A DNA stretch of 64,000 bases, taken from the NCBI RefSeq assembly GCF_037042905.1, contig NC_087254.1, forward strand, positions 11,842,001-11,906,000, written 5' to 3'. Below are positions 1 to 14,206 of this stretch, piece after piece. A model generated the notes under the pieces. It searched no databases, was not told the DNA's origin, and saw only the letters and a program-made list of their open reading frames with translations. A program made the translations under genes and the position numbers. The stretch is from Lytechinus pictus. Taxonomy: Eukaryota. How positions within the stretch are numbered: the stretch's first letter is position 1; each line of letters begins with the position of its first letter.

Positions 1-1113
1 TTCACCAAGCTTCTATTTGCATAACAAATTTGCTTTCATGCAATGGCAATGTTCCACTTATTTTGTACATCCCAATGTATATTAGAGTGAAAATAAAACA
101 TACCAACATTCCAAGGCCTTCACATCATTTTTAATAATAGAATTTTCCTTTCTTTTGGCGTGTGTTCTTGAAATTTGATTGATTGAACAATCTCTCGCAA
201 ATATTCATGTTTGCATGTCTTACTAAAGGACATGATTATCTATGTGTTTACATAATATTATACATGCCATCAAAGATTTAATATCAGGTCGACAAACTTT
301 CTAGAGGAAGAAGGGCAGGGTCCAATATCCCACACGGAAATATAGAAATGGGACCGAAGAAATGATCCCACTGAATCAGCTGTTCAACAAAGCACAGATG
401 TTCTTTTGTAGGCGGGGTTCAACCAAATTTTGTCTTCCCCGACTGAATCCAAATTCCTGCATGTTGACATTCTAAAAATATAACATTGTTTTCATGCCTG
501 AGTGTTCACCCTCTGATTCGAAAAACACATGGCTTTAGAAAGAATCTTTATGACATGAGCACAGGCATTGTTATCCTCGGGAAGAGCACACAATTGAAAA
601 ATGAATCTAAAAACATGTTTTGCACATCTGTGAATGTGACATTATTCTTTATATCAGAACACCTTACAAGGAGACGACAATAAGCCTCTTCACTCAGTAA
701 TAAAATATATAACAAATGCAAATAAATTAGTCCTGTCATAAATGTACATGTCTTTGTGCAATATCCCATGGACCTTGAGTTATTGGACAGTGATGGAATA
801 TTAATCATAAATAAAATCAAATCACCATAGAGGAAAAGATTAGATTAAACAAAGTTGTGACATATGAAAATACCATGAAAAAAGTCCCATGACTTCTTAT
901 ATGCATTGGCAAATCAATACACTTCATACATGACCAGGTAACTAAAAAATATTAATACACCTTGCGACCAAAAGATGAGTGTAAAAGAACCAAGTAGATT
1001 TCACCATGAGAGGGGAAAGAGCTGTTGCCAGGGGGATGTGATGGTGCCCTGGAAGTGCAATGATGAACCCATCCAAGGTCAGAGGTCATGGTGGGTCATG
1101 AAGAGGTCAAATG

Positions 1114-1185
1114 TTAGAGGTCCCAACTGAAGAGGTGGTGCTTGATAAGCATATCTTGTACGCTGTCTTTTAACGATTTTTGACT
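1114..1185 (-). CDS. SGSM3: SGSM3 terminal coding exon (SQKSLKDSVQDMLIKHHLFSWDL*)
   Basis: CTCTCAG acceptor, phase 0. DMLxKHHLFSWD is the conserved SGSM3 C-terminus. TAA stop at 1114-1116. Confidence 0.92.
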   Translation of the reverse strand, partial: SQKSLKDSVQDMLIKHHLFSWDL

Positions 1186-3700
1186 CTGAGAGATGACATG
1201 GTGGGAAGACGTGGAGGAAAAAGAAGGAAAATGAGAGAGAGGTTTGTTAAGAGCCAGAAGGTCATGATGAACACCAATAAAAATTACAAAAACAAGTAAA
1301 ATGGTTTGTCCGGAACGCCAAATGTGAGCGTAACTAGCACCAAAGGGCATGTGTGAGTACATGATGAAACTGCTTCATAACCAATTTAGAAAGGATCTGT
1401 TGGGAGCTTCCGTTTGAAGGTTCAATTGCATTTTCTCTTTTTCTCAAAGATTTGACTATTTAAAGTTATTGGAAGGATTCTTACTTATGAAGAATTTCAT
1501 TTCAAACTGCAAAACAACAAAAGTGCAGTCAAAGTGCAAACAAAAGCCCTTTTGCATGAATTCCACCCAATGTGGTGAATTGAAACAAAAATGGATTAGA
1601 TTTTTCCAACACAACCATATAGCCCTTTTTTACATTTTGAGAAGAAATATTCTACCATAAAATGCAAGGGTTCCCCTAATAGTAGAAGTACTTGCTGAAA
1701 AAGATTTATATGGTTTGGACAATACCGGTAGAAAGTTAATGAACCCAGAAACCAAATAAAGTACCACAAAAGCAAGCAGAAATAAAAAGTTTCGGGTGAA
1801 ATGTGCAATATTCAAACATACTATATCGAAAATCCAATTTTCCCTTTTATTATGCATTTAGTAAATATGTAGTTTATGTTTGCTCATCATTTTTGTAAGA
1901 ATATGAAATAGTAAAGCTGACTCACGTTTCTCCTGTATTGCGTATTAAATTCATATAGATACAAGGACTGTCATAGGACAACATGATTTAGAGTTGAAAA
2001 CATGATTATTGTTTCATTGTGCATGTAATCGGTATGAAGTTCATCTTTAGTACAAGTTGAAAACATGATTTCTTTTTCCTTTAGAAATTAATCTGCATGA
2101 AGTCATAGAGGGTTCAAATTTATCAGTATGTCCTCGTAAAAATGAAAAAAACACAATGCATTCACCTTTTGTCCTAATAGAGGGTAATATGCACATCTGT
2201 TTTCTCTAGACCCTAAATGACATGGTGACTCTCAAGCATAACCCCCATTAAAAGATAGCATAAATCATAACATGTCAATTATTCAGTCATGTAGCATTTA
2301 ATCTAATGAAATCGCATTTGTGCAAATAAGAGGTTAGCATATCCTTGCAAATAATAAAAGGATTTTATTTTTGGAAAAATCATGTGGTTAGACATTTTTA
2401 CAAACATACAATGTATACGCAGCATTATGTATATCTAGTTTGACTATATATATAAATATATGGTTTAAGATTTCCAGAGATGATACATCAATAAATGTCG
2501 AAAAAATGGAAGATGGAAAAGAAAAAAAAAGGCTGTAGAATTTTCAATTGATTGGCTTTATATATATTACTACCATATATGTGTAGCCATGAAAATAAAC
2601 AGAATTATATATTCAATATTTCAATAAAGTATATTATACATGGTTGCTAGTAGAATGTGACTGAGGATTAATATGAAGCACAGTGACAAAAATTCCCATG
2701 AATAAATTAATAAAAAAAATGAAAATCCAATAACCACTCAACATTGACGTGCAGCTGAGCGCTGTTTTACTTCTTCATCAATTTTTATTCTAGTTCTATA
2801 AAGCAAAGCATAAACTCTTCTTATCAGTTTTACTATCTATCTGTCTCTTCCATCTCTCAACTTTCTCACAATATATATATTTGCAAAAAAAATATACAGT
2901 CATCTCTAGAATAATTGTCAGATTGCATTTGTATTTTTATTTATTTACATTTGCTTTTTTTTTATTTATATTATTTTGGGGTTTTGGGGTGAAAAGGATA
3001 TTGGCTGCCTGAAAAATGATGAATGCTGTTCTGTGCTCTGTAACACAAGGCTTAGCAATCAATCACAAAACAAATTATCATGCTTGACTGCATAGATCAC
3101 AATGTACAACTGATCATTAAAAATCAATCGCAAGATCAGACACCAGGCTTTATGTTACCATACCCTGAGCCTCCTGTAAATTCATTTATTACGCTTTTGA
3201 TAGCAATAGCTTCAATCCCTAATTCCATTTATCATTTCTAAAACATGCCAAAATTATTGACAATATATTTTTCAATATCATTTGAAGATTTGGTGATAAA
3301 TAATTCTGATATTAAAAAAAAAACATCTCAAAACTAGAGCAGCCACATAAATTTATAGAAAAATCCACAGATTTTCATTTTAAATAACTACCGTACCACA
3401 CTGCAGGTAAGGGCCATGGAATATAAATGTGGTGAATGAAAAAATTAGCCTTAATGAGAGAACAAAAAAAATAATCAATTGAAATAAAAAATAGGTTATT
3501 TTTCCCAACCAAATAAAAGTAATGTGAAGTTAAATATTAGATGATGTAATATAGCAAAATAATCCATTTCAAACGGGTATCAATAATAACATGCAACTTG
3601 TATCAAAACTAAGCATGCATTTTCCTGATGCTTTAAGCATGCAAAGCAGGTTTATATCCAGTTGGTCAACAAGCATTTGGTCTACTACTCAAATAGCCTA

Positions 3701-4201
3701 AGGGTGTATTCAATGTCGGTTTCCAAATTTAAACAGCAACATGGATCATGATTGAAGACGTGATTACACAACATAGATATATTCCCGGTCGTAAAAGTAA
3801 ACATCTTTTCAAATTACAATTCAAAGGAAAATTTAAACATCGAAAAAGATGCGTTTGTAAACGCAATCAGCTAAAATTTACGACATTGAGCATTGCGAAT
3901 GCGACATTGTACTAAATTGCATTTTGAAACATCTTTGAATTTGCTCTCGCAGTGGAAGCCTACACAAACAGGTGTCAGAACTGACCTTTCTTGTGATGGG
4001 TCAAATTAAGCACGAAAGCTGCGCTAACGATAGCTAAAAATTTAAAGACAATCAACATATACAGTAAACAGCTTTATATTTTCGACACTGAACGGTGCAC
4101 CTCTGATCGTGATCGTGTTTGTGTTCAGTGTTTTGGAATGGAGTTTTCAATCATGATTCATGTTGCTGTTTAAATTTGAAAATGGACATTGAACACACCC
4201 T
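3701..4201. mobile_element. MITE with ~55-bp TIRs
   Basis: AGGGTGTATTCAATGTC...TTTAAACAGCAACATG and its inverse ending GAACACACCCT. TA on both flanks. Confidence 0.8.
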
Positions 4202-5047
4202 TACACCAATGGGGCTACATCCATTTGGTCTACCATCATCAATTGGGTCTAATTGCCATTTGGTCTACACTACACTTGGTCTAATTCTCATTTAATCTAA
4301 TGCCCAGTTGGTTTAATTTCCACTTTATCTATTAATAATGTGTTATTTTGTCAAATGAGTTTGGTTCCTAAAAAGGGGGCCGTTTCACAAAGCTGTTGGT
4401 AAGTTACAAGTAACTTACGACTGGTGACCATTTCTTGAGTTAAATGTGACACACCAGATATTGACTGGTGTTGATTTAGTTCAGAAGAAAGATTCATCAG
4501 TCATCCGTTAAGTCACTTGTAACTAAGCAACTTTATGAAACACTCTCAAATCCATCTAATTATAGATAAATAAGTGGTGTTTAATAGGCCAAATGGATTA
4601 GACAGAATGGGTATAGCCTAAATGGGGATTAGATGAAAAAGTAAATAAACTATAAATGGCAATTAGACAAGAATGTTACTAGATGAACTTGTTGTAGACA
4701 GAATGGGATTAGGCCCAGCGGGAGAAGACCAAAAGGGTAGTAGACAAAAAGATCGTAGACCTATCGGCAAATTGCTGCAAAGCAAGCTTTTTGATATTTG
4801 ACTATATTTCATACCAATGCTTTGATATTTACCTGTGGAGGATTCACTGCTCGTCCCCAAGTCTGTTGAGCAATTAATGAGATAATCTTTTTTTATTATA
4901 TGGCATATTAAACCAATTCTGTGTTTATAGTTTATTCATCCACTATCAACTAGACTGACATAGGTGAAGTACCTCACTCTCTCTCATTCATTTTAGAACT
5001 CAAGTCATGTTCTGTTCCTTTGTGTATCAGTTACGTTCTTTACTTTC

Positions 5048-5247
5048 GGCTCTGTCACATCCTTCCGTGCAAGCCTTGCGTGTGACTTGCGGGTAACTAT
5101 TTTTGCTACCCGCAGGTGGCCCACATTGAGAGTATCTCACATGCAGTTGCCCGCAGAAGCACACGCAAGTCTGATTGGCACGCAAAAAAGTTTTGAACAT
5201 GCTCAAAACTCACCTGCAAGGCGTTCACGAAACGATGTGACAGACCT
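5048..5247. mobile_element. Small palindromic MITE
   Basis: TCTGTCACATC...GATGTGACAGA ends with internal inverted segments. Confidence 0.55.
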
Positions 5248-5895
5248 TTTCTCTCTCACTCTCTCGGCCTTTCTGGCCCGTATTCTCATAGGCTTTAATT
5301 GTACCCTGGCACAGCATTATGGATTAAACAGATTTTTTGTCTTATCCATCTTCATTCAAGCATGAATTTAGCACCCTTTACCAACAGCGCACATCAATCG
5401 GACTTTCCTTGGTGTACACAATCAAATAAGTGTTATCATGTACACAAATCTGCATATTCCATGGTTTGTACCATGGTACAATATTAATAATATTCTGCTT
5501 TTAAATAATGCTTAATACATCGAAACAATGTCTCTAAGCGCTTGACAGTTTTTTTTTTATACCTCTTCTTGAGAATATGGGCCTCTGTCTGTCTCTCTCA
5601 TCCTCCCAATCCTTCATCACCGTCACTTAGAACCCTTCCCTTTCACTGAACTCATCTTTTCCTTTCTTCCATCTCTTTCCTTCTACCACTTCCAGAAGTT
5701 TCCTTCCTTTACCCAATTTCTCTACATCTCTCCTATCTTATTCATTTACGCCATCTCTCTTTTTCTTTCTCTCTCTCTCTCCTTTTCCGTTCCTTTCTTC
5801 TCTCCATCAAACACACTTCGATCCTCATCACTCAACCACACATCATCATTATCCTGCATGGCCTCCGTAACCATAGCAACCCATCATCCACTCAC

Positions 5896-6079
5896 GTCTT
5901 TCTTGATGGGGAGCTCCCAATCCTGCGACAGGTTGAAGGCAAAGTTGGAGAGGACCCGGAGCTCGCACTTGATCTGGACCCAGCCGGGGCTGCGGAGGAA
6001 GGACCACGGGTGGTACCACTTCTCCACGATCTTGTCGCAGGAGCACAGGGTCTCGAGCCACAGGTGGAGCACTTGTTCA
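5896..6079 (-). CDS. SGSM3: SGSM3 exon, RUN domain end ([61 protein letters not shown])
   Basis: CTTCCAG acceptor and GTGAGT donor, 184 bp, phase 2-0. [14 protein letters not shown] motif. Confidence 0.96.
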
Positions 6080-6169
6080 CTGGAAGAGCAAAATAGGACA
6101 GGGAATCAAGCACAAGCCCTAACGTCAGAAGATGATTATGACGTGCGGGCAAATCCATACACATGTCAT

Positions 6170-6441
6170 AATAATACCAACATGCTTATATAGCACATAT
6201 CACTGCCAAATGCGTCCTAATGCGCTTAATTGGATATTATTACCCTGGCTTTAGCCCAGCAGCCTTTTACAGCGCGTTGGCATTTCAAGGAATAAATTCC
6301 TGCCAGGTACCCTAACCTGGGTTGAGTGCAGCACAATGTGGATAAATTTCTTGCCAAAGGAAATTAGGCCATGGCTGGGATTTGAACCCACGACCCTCTG
6401 TTTCAAAGTCTGAAGACTATTCCACTGGGTCACAACGCTCC
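6170..6441 (-). mobile_element. tRNA-derived SINE
   Basis: Minus-strand head GGAGCGTTGTGACCCAGTGG...GGTTCAAATCCC (A and B boxes), body shared with 28600-28883, and an (ATT)-type tail. Confidence 0.8.
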
Positions 6442-7325
6442 ACAGATGTGTCGTACGGGACATTTTGACAACAATTTCCAGTCTCTTAGCTGATTGCTTG
6501 AGCAATAAAAATTTCTTTTTTTAGTTAGTGATAAAGTTATAGTGGGTAGTCATGTGAAAAACTGATTACCAACAAAAAATGTTTGATTATAGGTGAATTA
6601 AAGGTGAAAACGTTGTGTGTCATACATGACTCAGAAATGTCCCGTACAACACGCAACATTTCCACCTCCAATTCACCTATGGACAACATATTTTTGTTGT
6701 TTGTCATTTTTTTTACCTGACTACCCAGTAATACTTTATTATTAATACAAAACAAATTGGAAGTTTCTCGTTTGTTTGGACAGTAGGTTGAAAAATGTTG
6801 CGAAAAAAGACTTATTTTTTTTAGCATGGAATCGCTCATGTACAAGGAACTATTCTTTGTTATTTCAAGGTTGTACAGCATATGGACACGTTACATTTGA
6901 AAGCAGCCACCTGCCTATAATGTCTACAAACAATGATTCCTGCTGAGGCAGATTATGTGGATAAGACCTTTCTGAAGCAGTCACCTGCTAATGGAAACCA
7001 CTAAAACAAGTTTATTCCCGAGGAAGTAGATTTTGCCAATAAGAACCTGTCTATAGCAACCAACTACTAAAACAAATTCCAACTGAGGCAGGTCAGTTAC
7101 CTGTCTATAACCACCACTAAAACTGATTTATGCAGAGGCAGATGATATAAAATGGTGTTCATTATACAGCTTTAACTGTAATTCATAAGTTGAGGTCTCT
7201 TCACAAATACAAAATACTGGAGTGATGGAAATTATTGATTGGAAGATACCTTGATTGACACATCAATATAATATACATGTTAAAAGATAAATTCAATATG
7301 AATCCCAAATCCAATGTCTCCTTAC

Positions 7326-7460
7326 TTGAGGCCTAGACACGTCAACGATCTGAACTTGACGTCCATCTGAGCATGGGCTACGTCGTGGGTCAGATTGACC
7401 GCTTGGACTGACCGATACAGAAGCTCTTCTGGTGTTAGCACTTTACCGTCCTCGTCCAGT
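7326..7460 (-). CDS. SGSM3: SGSM3 exon ([44 protein letters not shown])
   Basis: CTCTTAG acceptor and GTAAG donor, 135 bp, phase 2-2. RUN domain. Confidence 0.95.
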
Positions 7461-7674
7461 CTAAGAGAGAACAGAAATTATACAAACTTGCATCAAAGTC
7501 AAAGATGGAGGTGGACATAATGCATAGGTGAATGGCATTGAGTATGTGAATATCAGAAGGACCCAAGTCCATCTCTTGGTCAAATGAACATATCGCATTG
7601 TTTCTAATGTCGGGTTTAAGTTAGACCATGGACTAAGTCATGACTAACATTATGAGAAGCTTTACTTTACTCAC

Positions 7675-7745
7675 CTATAAGTCTTACAAAGCACCAGTCT
7701 CGAGTACACCGATTCAAAATCTCTCTCAACTTCCTTAGCACTTGC
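7675..7745 (-). CDS. SGSM3: SGSM3 exon (ASAKEVERDFESVYSRLVLCKTY)
   Basis: TGTAG acceptor and GTGAGT donor, 71 bp, phase 0-2. Confidence 0.93.
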
Positions 7746-8484
7746 CTACAGATAAAAAAAATGAAGTATTGACATGAATCCATACTCAAACTTTTGATTT
7801 TCTCTATTGTAAAAAAAAAATCATGTTTATCATATCACATAAATGGCAATGTAATGGTTGAGAACGCTGATTTAGTCTGTATAGTAACTCAGGCAAAAAG
7901 TTAATTTTTCACTTTCGGGGCCTACTTTTCACAACCTACTGCCTAAATCTGTGACATTGGGTGATTTCAAGTTCAGTGTTAACCTTTTGGTGTTGGTGTT
8001 AGGTCAATGTTTACACGACTATAACACCAAACATGAAATGAAGATGGTCCCGAAAAGTCACTCACTAGTTGTTGAGATGTGCAATATTGTGATCTAGATC
8101 GGTTTTACAAACTCTGAATAAAATTTGGAGCTAGGGGAAGCAATCCAAATTACAACACCAACACCAAGGCCAACACTGGACTTGAAATCACCCATTGGAT
8201 AAGCTTTAAAATGGCCATGAATGGGGGTTTTCCAGGGATCTTTTTTTTTCTTCCGGGGCTCTTTTGAGCCTTTCGGGGTCTACACCGCCCCCAAGCCCCT
8301 ACATAATTTTCCCCCGATATGGTTATCTGTGTACATGTATGATCTATAATGAATCAAATTTTATTTGAAAATGTGAAAAATAAGATGAAGAGGAATAAGA
8401 AAGACCATCCCGTTCATTAGACTAAATGAGAAATTGAATAGTGGGAATTAGACCAAGCATAGCAGTAGACAAAATAGGTTTAGT

Positions 8485-9031
8485 CCCGGGGGGGGCACTC
8501 GACCAAAAAAGTGGTAGGGGTGTGCCGCGGGCGAGGCAAAAAACGGGGGCCTTGGAGCGGGCTTATTGTAAAAAGGAGGGTCCTCGGAACGGGCTTCGGA
8601 ACTACAAATGTTTGTGAAAACGGGGGTCCTCGGAACGGATCTCCGTATCTCTGTGAGTGCGTATGCATCCCTATGGAACGGGCAATCATGCATGACGCAG
8701 CTAGCGCGGCCTCCGCCGGGTGCGCTCTCGTTTAGGCGATGGTCGAAAAGCGCTATATGGTCGCTTTTCACCAAATTGCAGCTCCTTGTAGCAAATCAAT
8801 GCGACCGGAACGGCCTAACGAAAAATATGCGAAGCTTCGGAACGGATTTCTTTCTTCTTTTTTCTCGATAAGAAGGAAATGCTATGACTTGGAGCGGCTT
8901 TCTTTGTTCTTTTTCTCAAAAAGACAAAAATGCTATGCCTTGGAACGGAAATTTGAGTGTAAAAATGGGGGTCCCCTCCGCGGCACATACCCACTATGCA
9001 TTATATACTGAGTGCCCCCCCCCCCCCCGGG
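8485..9031. mobile_element. GC-rich MITE
   Basis: CCCGGGGGGGGGCACTC...GAGTGCCCCC..CCCGGG TIRs. Duplicated flank TTTAGT (up to GTTTAGTC depending on where the boundary is placed). Confidence 0.85.
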
Positions 9032-11229
9032 TTTAGTCTATGTGGTACACTGTTTAGACTATCTGAGAAGTAGATCAGCTGCTTGTAGACTAATAAGACA
9101 TAAACATTCTGTTCATCTAGTCTTCTTTTCATGAACACAAACAGTGATAAGCCTTATGGCCTTCTCTGCTAAGCTTATGTACACAAGAAATACCTTGTTT
9201 ATACCCCTCAACAAAACTCTATTGATCCTCTGAGGAGGAACTGATCACCGTGTGCAAAAACAATCAATAGTATGTGTAGATGCAACATTAAAATGGCATC
9301 TTCAAAAGTAAGTGTCTTAGACAAGGCTGAGACTAACGGCGATCGCGCCGAAATTTGGCAAGCACATTCCTTACCACATAATAAACTACAAGGCAGTATG
9401 AAAAAAAATCTGAAGATAATAAGTTTTTATTATGAATAAAATATGCAAATTTATTCATGAAAAACATTATTTGCAAATTCAACACCCAATTTCACTTCAA
9501 ACTTTTTTTTTTTCCAGATGTCATCTTTGTAATCTAATTTAAAGGTTTCCACAAAGAAATATTGCAAAAACCAATATTTTTCCTTATGTATTTCTTTGTT
9601 TTTAGAATTTCTAATGTATTTCATTGTTTTTTCATCTTTTGTTTTTCATTGTTTTTTTCAATGGAAATTATTACAGACCATTTAACAACTAAAATAAACC
9701 CTATATTAATTAAGCAAACCAATCAGAATGGAAAATAATCACCCTTTTATGAATTTCATCTCTCATAGACTTTGTACACAAAGTATAAAATTGAGCCATT
9801 TTCGGCACGACATTGTCTCGTAAAAAGTCACGTGGCGTCGTGATGCTATGCCCGTATGCAGCGAATTTGGTCTAAAAAGTTGCACGAGACTTTTAAAAAA
9901 AAAGTCACAAAATTTTGCGGTGCTATATTTTTGCGTTTCGGAAATATCGTGCGAAGGGTTGAGGGGGGCCATCATGTCCTCCAGTCCTTTTCGGGTTAAG
10001 ACGTAATATTAGATCGCAGCCCCCTGCCCCATCCCCAAGGTTTTGTAACTGTATCACCTTCACCTGACTTTCACCCATTCCCTCCCACATCATCATTATG
10101 TGATCACTTTATCAAAGTTTTTATTTTTTAATAAATGATTTTTTTAAAGAAGGTGCGCATTTCTCAAACATGTTCATGCCTATATTCTGAATTATTCAAA
10201 GTCCATCATTGCTTTAGAGAATTCTTGTTTCTTGTTTTTCTTTTATTGTGGTTTAAATGAATTTCATAGGCAAAACTATTTGGATCATAACCAAACTGAA
10301 ACTTATTGATTTCAATCAATGATAGAAAAAGTATGGATTTTCAAAATTAATTTTTCATCAAATATGTGAGCACAAAATATTGTATAACTTCGAAACCGCA
10401 TACTCGGACATCACAAATTTGGTGTGAGACGATAGAGAAAAAAATATCAAATATTACAAAGGCATTTTAGTATGTTGTGAGCATATTGCACAAGACATCA
10501 AGAGGGTTAAGTGCAAAAAATATGCAAATAATACCCCCCCCCCCCAAAAAAAAAAAAAGATAGTGAAATGAAACAAATGATTTTGGTGGGTATTTTTTTA
10601 CTCAAATGTTAATTCAAATAAGAATTAAAAGCTATATCTGGGCAAAATAAATGATTTACAGAATTAAGAACTAAAAACAATAAAAGAAAATACACTAAAC
10701 AAACCCCAAATCACAATAAATGAAATACTTTCATAGCACAGAACTTATGTAAATGCAGAGTTAGAAATCCCCAGGGCTTAAACAAATATGACCCAATCTT
10801 CGTAACCTTCCCTGGACAAAGGACCCCTTATCTAACACTTCTCCCTGTTTAATTGCTTTCATATTCCACACAAGGGTATGAGTCACATGTATTCTGCATG
10901 CCTTTTGTGTACCATATTGATATTTGAGGGGAGAGCCGGGGTCCCCATTATCATGGTACCATAGTGTGTGGTGTTTCTTCGGTAATACAAAACATTCACG
11001 CAAGGCCACAGCAACAACAACAACCAGTGTCCTCTCACACAAGACTTAGTGATTGATCATAGTGCTGACTTTGACGATTGATTGCATTGAAAGTAATTGG
11101 CAATCGATTGTGGAAATCAATTTTACAATCAATAGCTTCGTTTTGTGCAACTGGGCCCAGGTTCGATAATTGGGGAGCTCACTTATATTGATGTGTATTC
11201 ATTGCAATCTATTCATAGATATAATTGGC

Positions 11230-12350
11230 AGTAGAGTATAGAGAGGCTTTTCTTTTTATATTTCTACTTTGTTGTTGATGCTTTATTTTGTTTTGTGGTT
11301 GACGATAAAGTCGATAGAGGTATTTCATTTATATTTTGATTTTGTTACTTGTTGCATTTTGTTGTTGCTGCTTTATTTTGTTTTGAAATTGACTATTAAA
11401 GTTGATAGAGGTATTTCTTTTTTATTCTTATTTTGTTACTTGTTGCTGCTTTATTTTGTTTTGAAATTGAAAATAAAGTTGATAGAGGCATTTCTTTTTA
11501 TATTCTTATTTTGTTACTTGTTGCTGCTGCTTTATTTTGTTTTGTTATTGACAATAAAGTTGATAGAGGTATTTCTTTTTATATTCTTATTTTGTTACTT
11601 GTTGCATTTTGTTGTTGCTGCTTTATTTGTTTTGTAATTGACGATAAAGTCGATAGAGGCATTTCTTTTTATATCTTTATTTTGTTACTTGTTGCATTTT
11701 GTTGTTGCTGCTGGTTTATTTTGTTTCCTAATTGACATAAATTCTACAGACAGAGGCCTTTTTCCCCTTTATTTACTTGTGTCAAATTTTCTTGTTGCTA
11801 CTGCATTATTCTGTTTTGTAATTGAGAGTAGAGTATGCAGAGGTTTTCTTTTTATATTTTCACTTTATTACTTGTTTGTTACATTTTGTTGTTGCTGCTT
11901 TATTTTGTTTTGCAATTGACAATTAAGTCGAAAGAGGCCTTTCTTATCAATTTTTTTTTCTTTACTTCTTTGTCAATTTTTTTTAGTCCTACTGCATTAT
12001 TCTGTTTTGTAATTGACAGTAGAATATGCAGAGGTTTTTTATATATTTTTACTTTATTACTTGCTTGTTACATTTTGTTTTTGCTGCTTTATTTTGTTTT
12101 GTTATTGGCAATAAAGTCAACAGAGGATTTACTTCTAATAATTTTTATTTTTTCTTGATGTTACTGCTTTATCCTGTTTTGCAATTGACAGTAGAGTATG
12201 CAAAGGCTTTTCTTCTAATGTTATTACTTTACTACTTGTTTGTTCTGTTGCTTTATTTTGTTATTGACAATAGAGTTGACAGAGGCTTTTCCTAACATAT
12301 TTTTTTTCTTTACTTGTTTGTCACATTTTCTTGTTGCTACTGCTGTATTT
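11230..12350. repeat. Degenerate T-rich minisatellite, unit about 65-80 bp (resumes at 13190-13290)
   Basis: Recurrent GATAGAGG...TTTTGTTACTTGTTG...GCTTTATTTTGTTTTG..ATTGAC units. Confidence 0.85.
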
Positions 12351-12889
12351 CGCCACATTTGGTGAGTGCACATTTATAGACACTTCTTCCATGCCCTTTA
12401 GATATCCCCATCATATTTTGCTGAACTATTACAGAGCTACCAAGTCTCACGCATTGTGCGCGAGACTCACACATCCAGGGTCCGTCTCACGATCTCACGC
12501 ATGGCACCCATTTTTCTCACGCATCGGGACCCGACAGAAAAAAAAGAGAAAAAGTAGCATTATTCGCTAGATTATACGCACTGGCCGACCGCCTTCGCAC
12601 GCCGTCGCGTCTACCCCGGCACGTGAGACGAATCGAGAGTGCAGTCAGCGCACAGCTAGTACGTGATACTAGCTGTCGCGTGCGTGCATCGCATGGCTTT
12701 GTAGTATGGATCGATATCATGATGAAGCCAATATCTCGAACGCGCGCGCACCTTTTCGAAACGTACAAGTGTAAGTACTGGCCGCGCGCGCGCAGAGTCA
12801 TGAAAATATCACGCATAACATTTTTTTAAACTTGGCATCTCTGCTATTAACTTTGCATCAATCCAATCGTACTATGATATCAAGCACAG

Positions 12890-13190
12890 TGCGGGTGTTT
12901 GCTGTTCCTCCCGTTGTTACTAAAACTTCTACTGAGTGCACATTTGTACATGCTTCTTCCATTCTATGGAATGCCTTTCCTAACCATATGCGAAATATAC
13001 ATGACTTAAATAAGTTCAAGACTTCTCTGAAAAGGTATGTGTCATGTAATGAACTCAGTGCCCACCTTTCGACTTCTCTCTAATTTCATTTTTTTGTTTA
13101 TACTTGCTTCTATTGTTTCATGCAAGTGCATAGGGGCATGCTTCGCTAGGTTGTATGCGCTATCAAAGAACTGGTCATTATTATTATTGT
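12890..13190 (+). mobile_element. LINE 3'-end remnant
   Basis: F..ASSILWNAFP..MR....LNKFKTSLKRY peptide followed by a (TAT)n tail. Confidence 0.6.
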
Positions 13191-14112
13191 TTTGTACTTG
13201 ACAGTGGAGAATGCAGGGGTTTTTCTTTTTATATTTTTACTTTCTTACTTGTTCATTGCATTTTGTTGCTACTGCTTTGGTGTTTTTTTAATAGTTTTTC
13301 TACTTCAAGGGGGGGGGGGAAGGGGGGTCTTCATAGACAATAGGGTTCTAGCTACATATCTGTTTCTTCAAATTCTCTGTCCACTTACTCACACTCGTTA
13401 TTCATATCTTTCTCAAATAGAGGCAAAAGGTCATATCTACATTTAAAGAGGGTGTGACAATTAAAAAAAGTACAAGTGCGAATACATCAGAACAATGTTT
13501 AATCTTAATTAAATGACAAATTTTTTTGTGCAAACAGTAGCATAACAGGTTGATACTGTACATCTATTGTGGTTATAATGGCAGCACTTGATAAAGCTGG
13601 TTTGATATTCTTGCTGTCTCCTCTTTCTTTGAATATTTAAATTTGTTATGTATTTCTTACTTAAAATTGACGGAAATAATTGAATGAATGAAATTAAAAC
13701 AAAATAATTATAATTCAATCATATCACAGCAATTCACTCCCTTTTTTTCCAGATTTTTTAAAATGAAACCATAAAGTAAAAAAGAAATAAAATAGGAATA
13801 AAAACAAGAACCATCATCAATTATCCTTCTACAAAAATAAACAATATTTAGGCCATGAATGAAAAGGTCCTTTCGATTTTTATAGAAAAGAAAATTACTC
13901 TTGCCTGTGATAAACACAAATAAATGGATGTGAGATTTGATGATACAAAAAAAATAAAGATACTATTAAATCAGGGAAAAACAGTAGTTTTAGAACAATA
14001 ATTCTCAACAAAGTATGCACGAGATCCCTGTACCTTATTTTGTTATTCAATATGTCACAAGGAGGGGGGAGGGGTCCAATCCCTACCAATATACTGCACT
14101 GATAACACTTAC

Positions 14113-14206
14113 CTCTTCCATAAAATGCCATGGATGGTATGTAGCTCCTAAGATAGAAGGCTGCTTCAAACCGTGTTCAAATACAGCTTTAAGTGCAGGA
14201 CATAAC
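14113..14206 (-). CDS. SGSM3: SGSM3 exon, RUN domain start ([31 protein letters not shown])
   Basis: CTAG acceptor and GTAAGT donor, 94 bp, phase 2-0. LCxALxxxFxHGLK RUN motif. Confidence 0.95.

Noticed and set aside
5746-5853. Possible alternative terminal exon (DNDDVWLSDEDRSVFDGEKK…)
   Set aside because: It would need a 42-nt intron, and the purine-rich low-complexity sequence gives open frames by chance.
6370-6441. Possible functional tRNA gene
   Set aside because: The arms are degenerate and it is attached to a shared SINE body and tail.
11269-12295. Hydrophobic ORFs resembling membrane proteins
   Set aside because: Translations of a T-rich minisatellite.
11230-12350. CRISPR-like repeat-spacer array
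   Set aside because: Eukaryotic context, and the units are degenerate tandem copies with no unique spacers.
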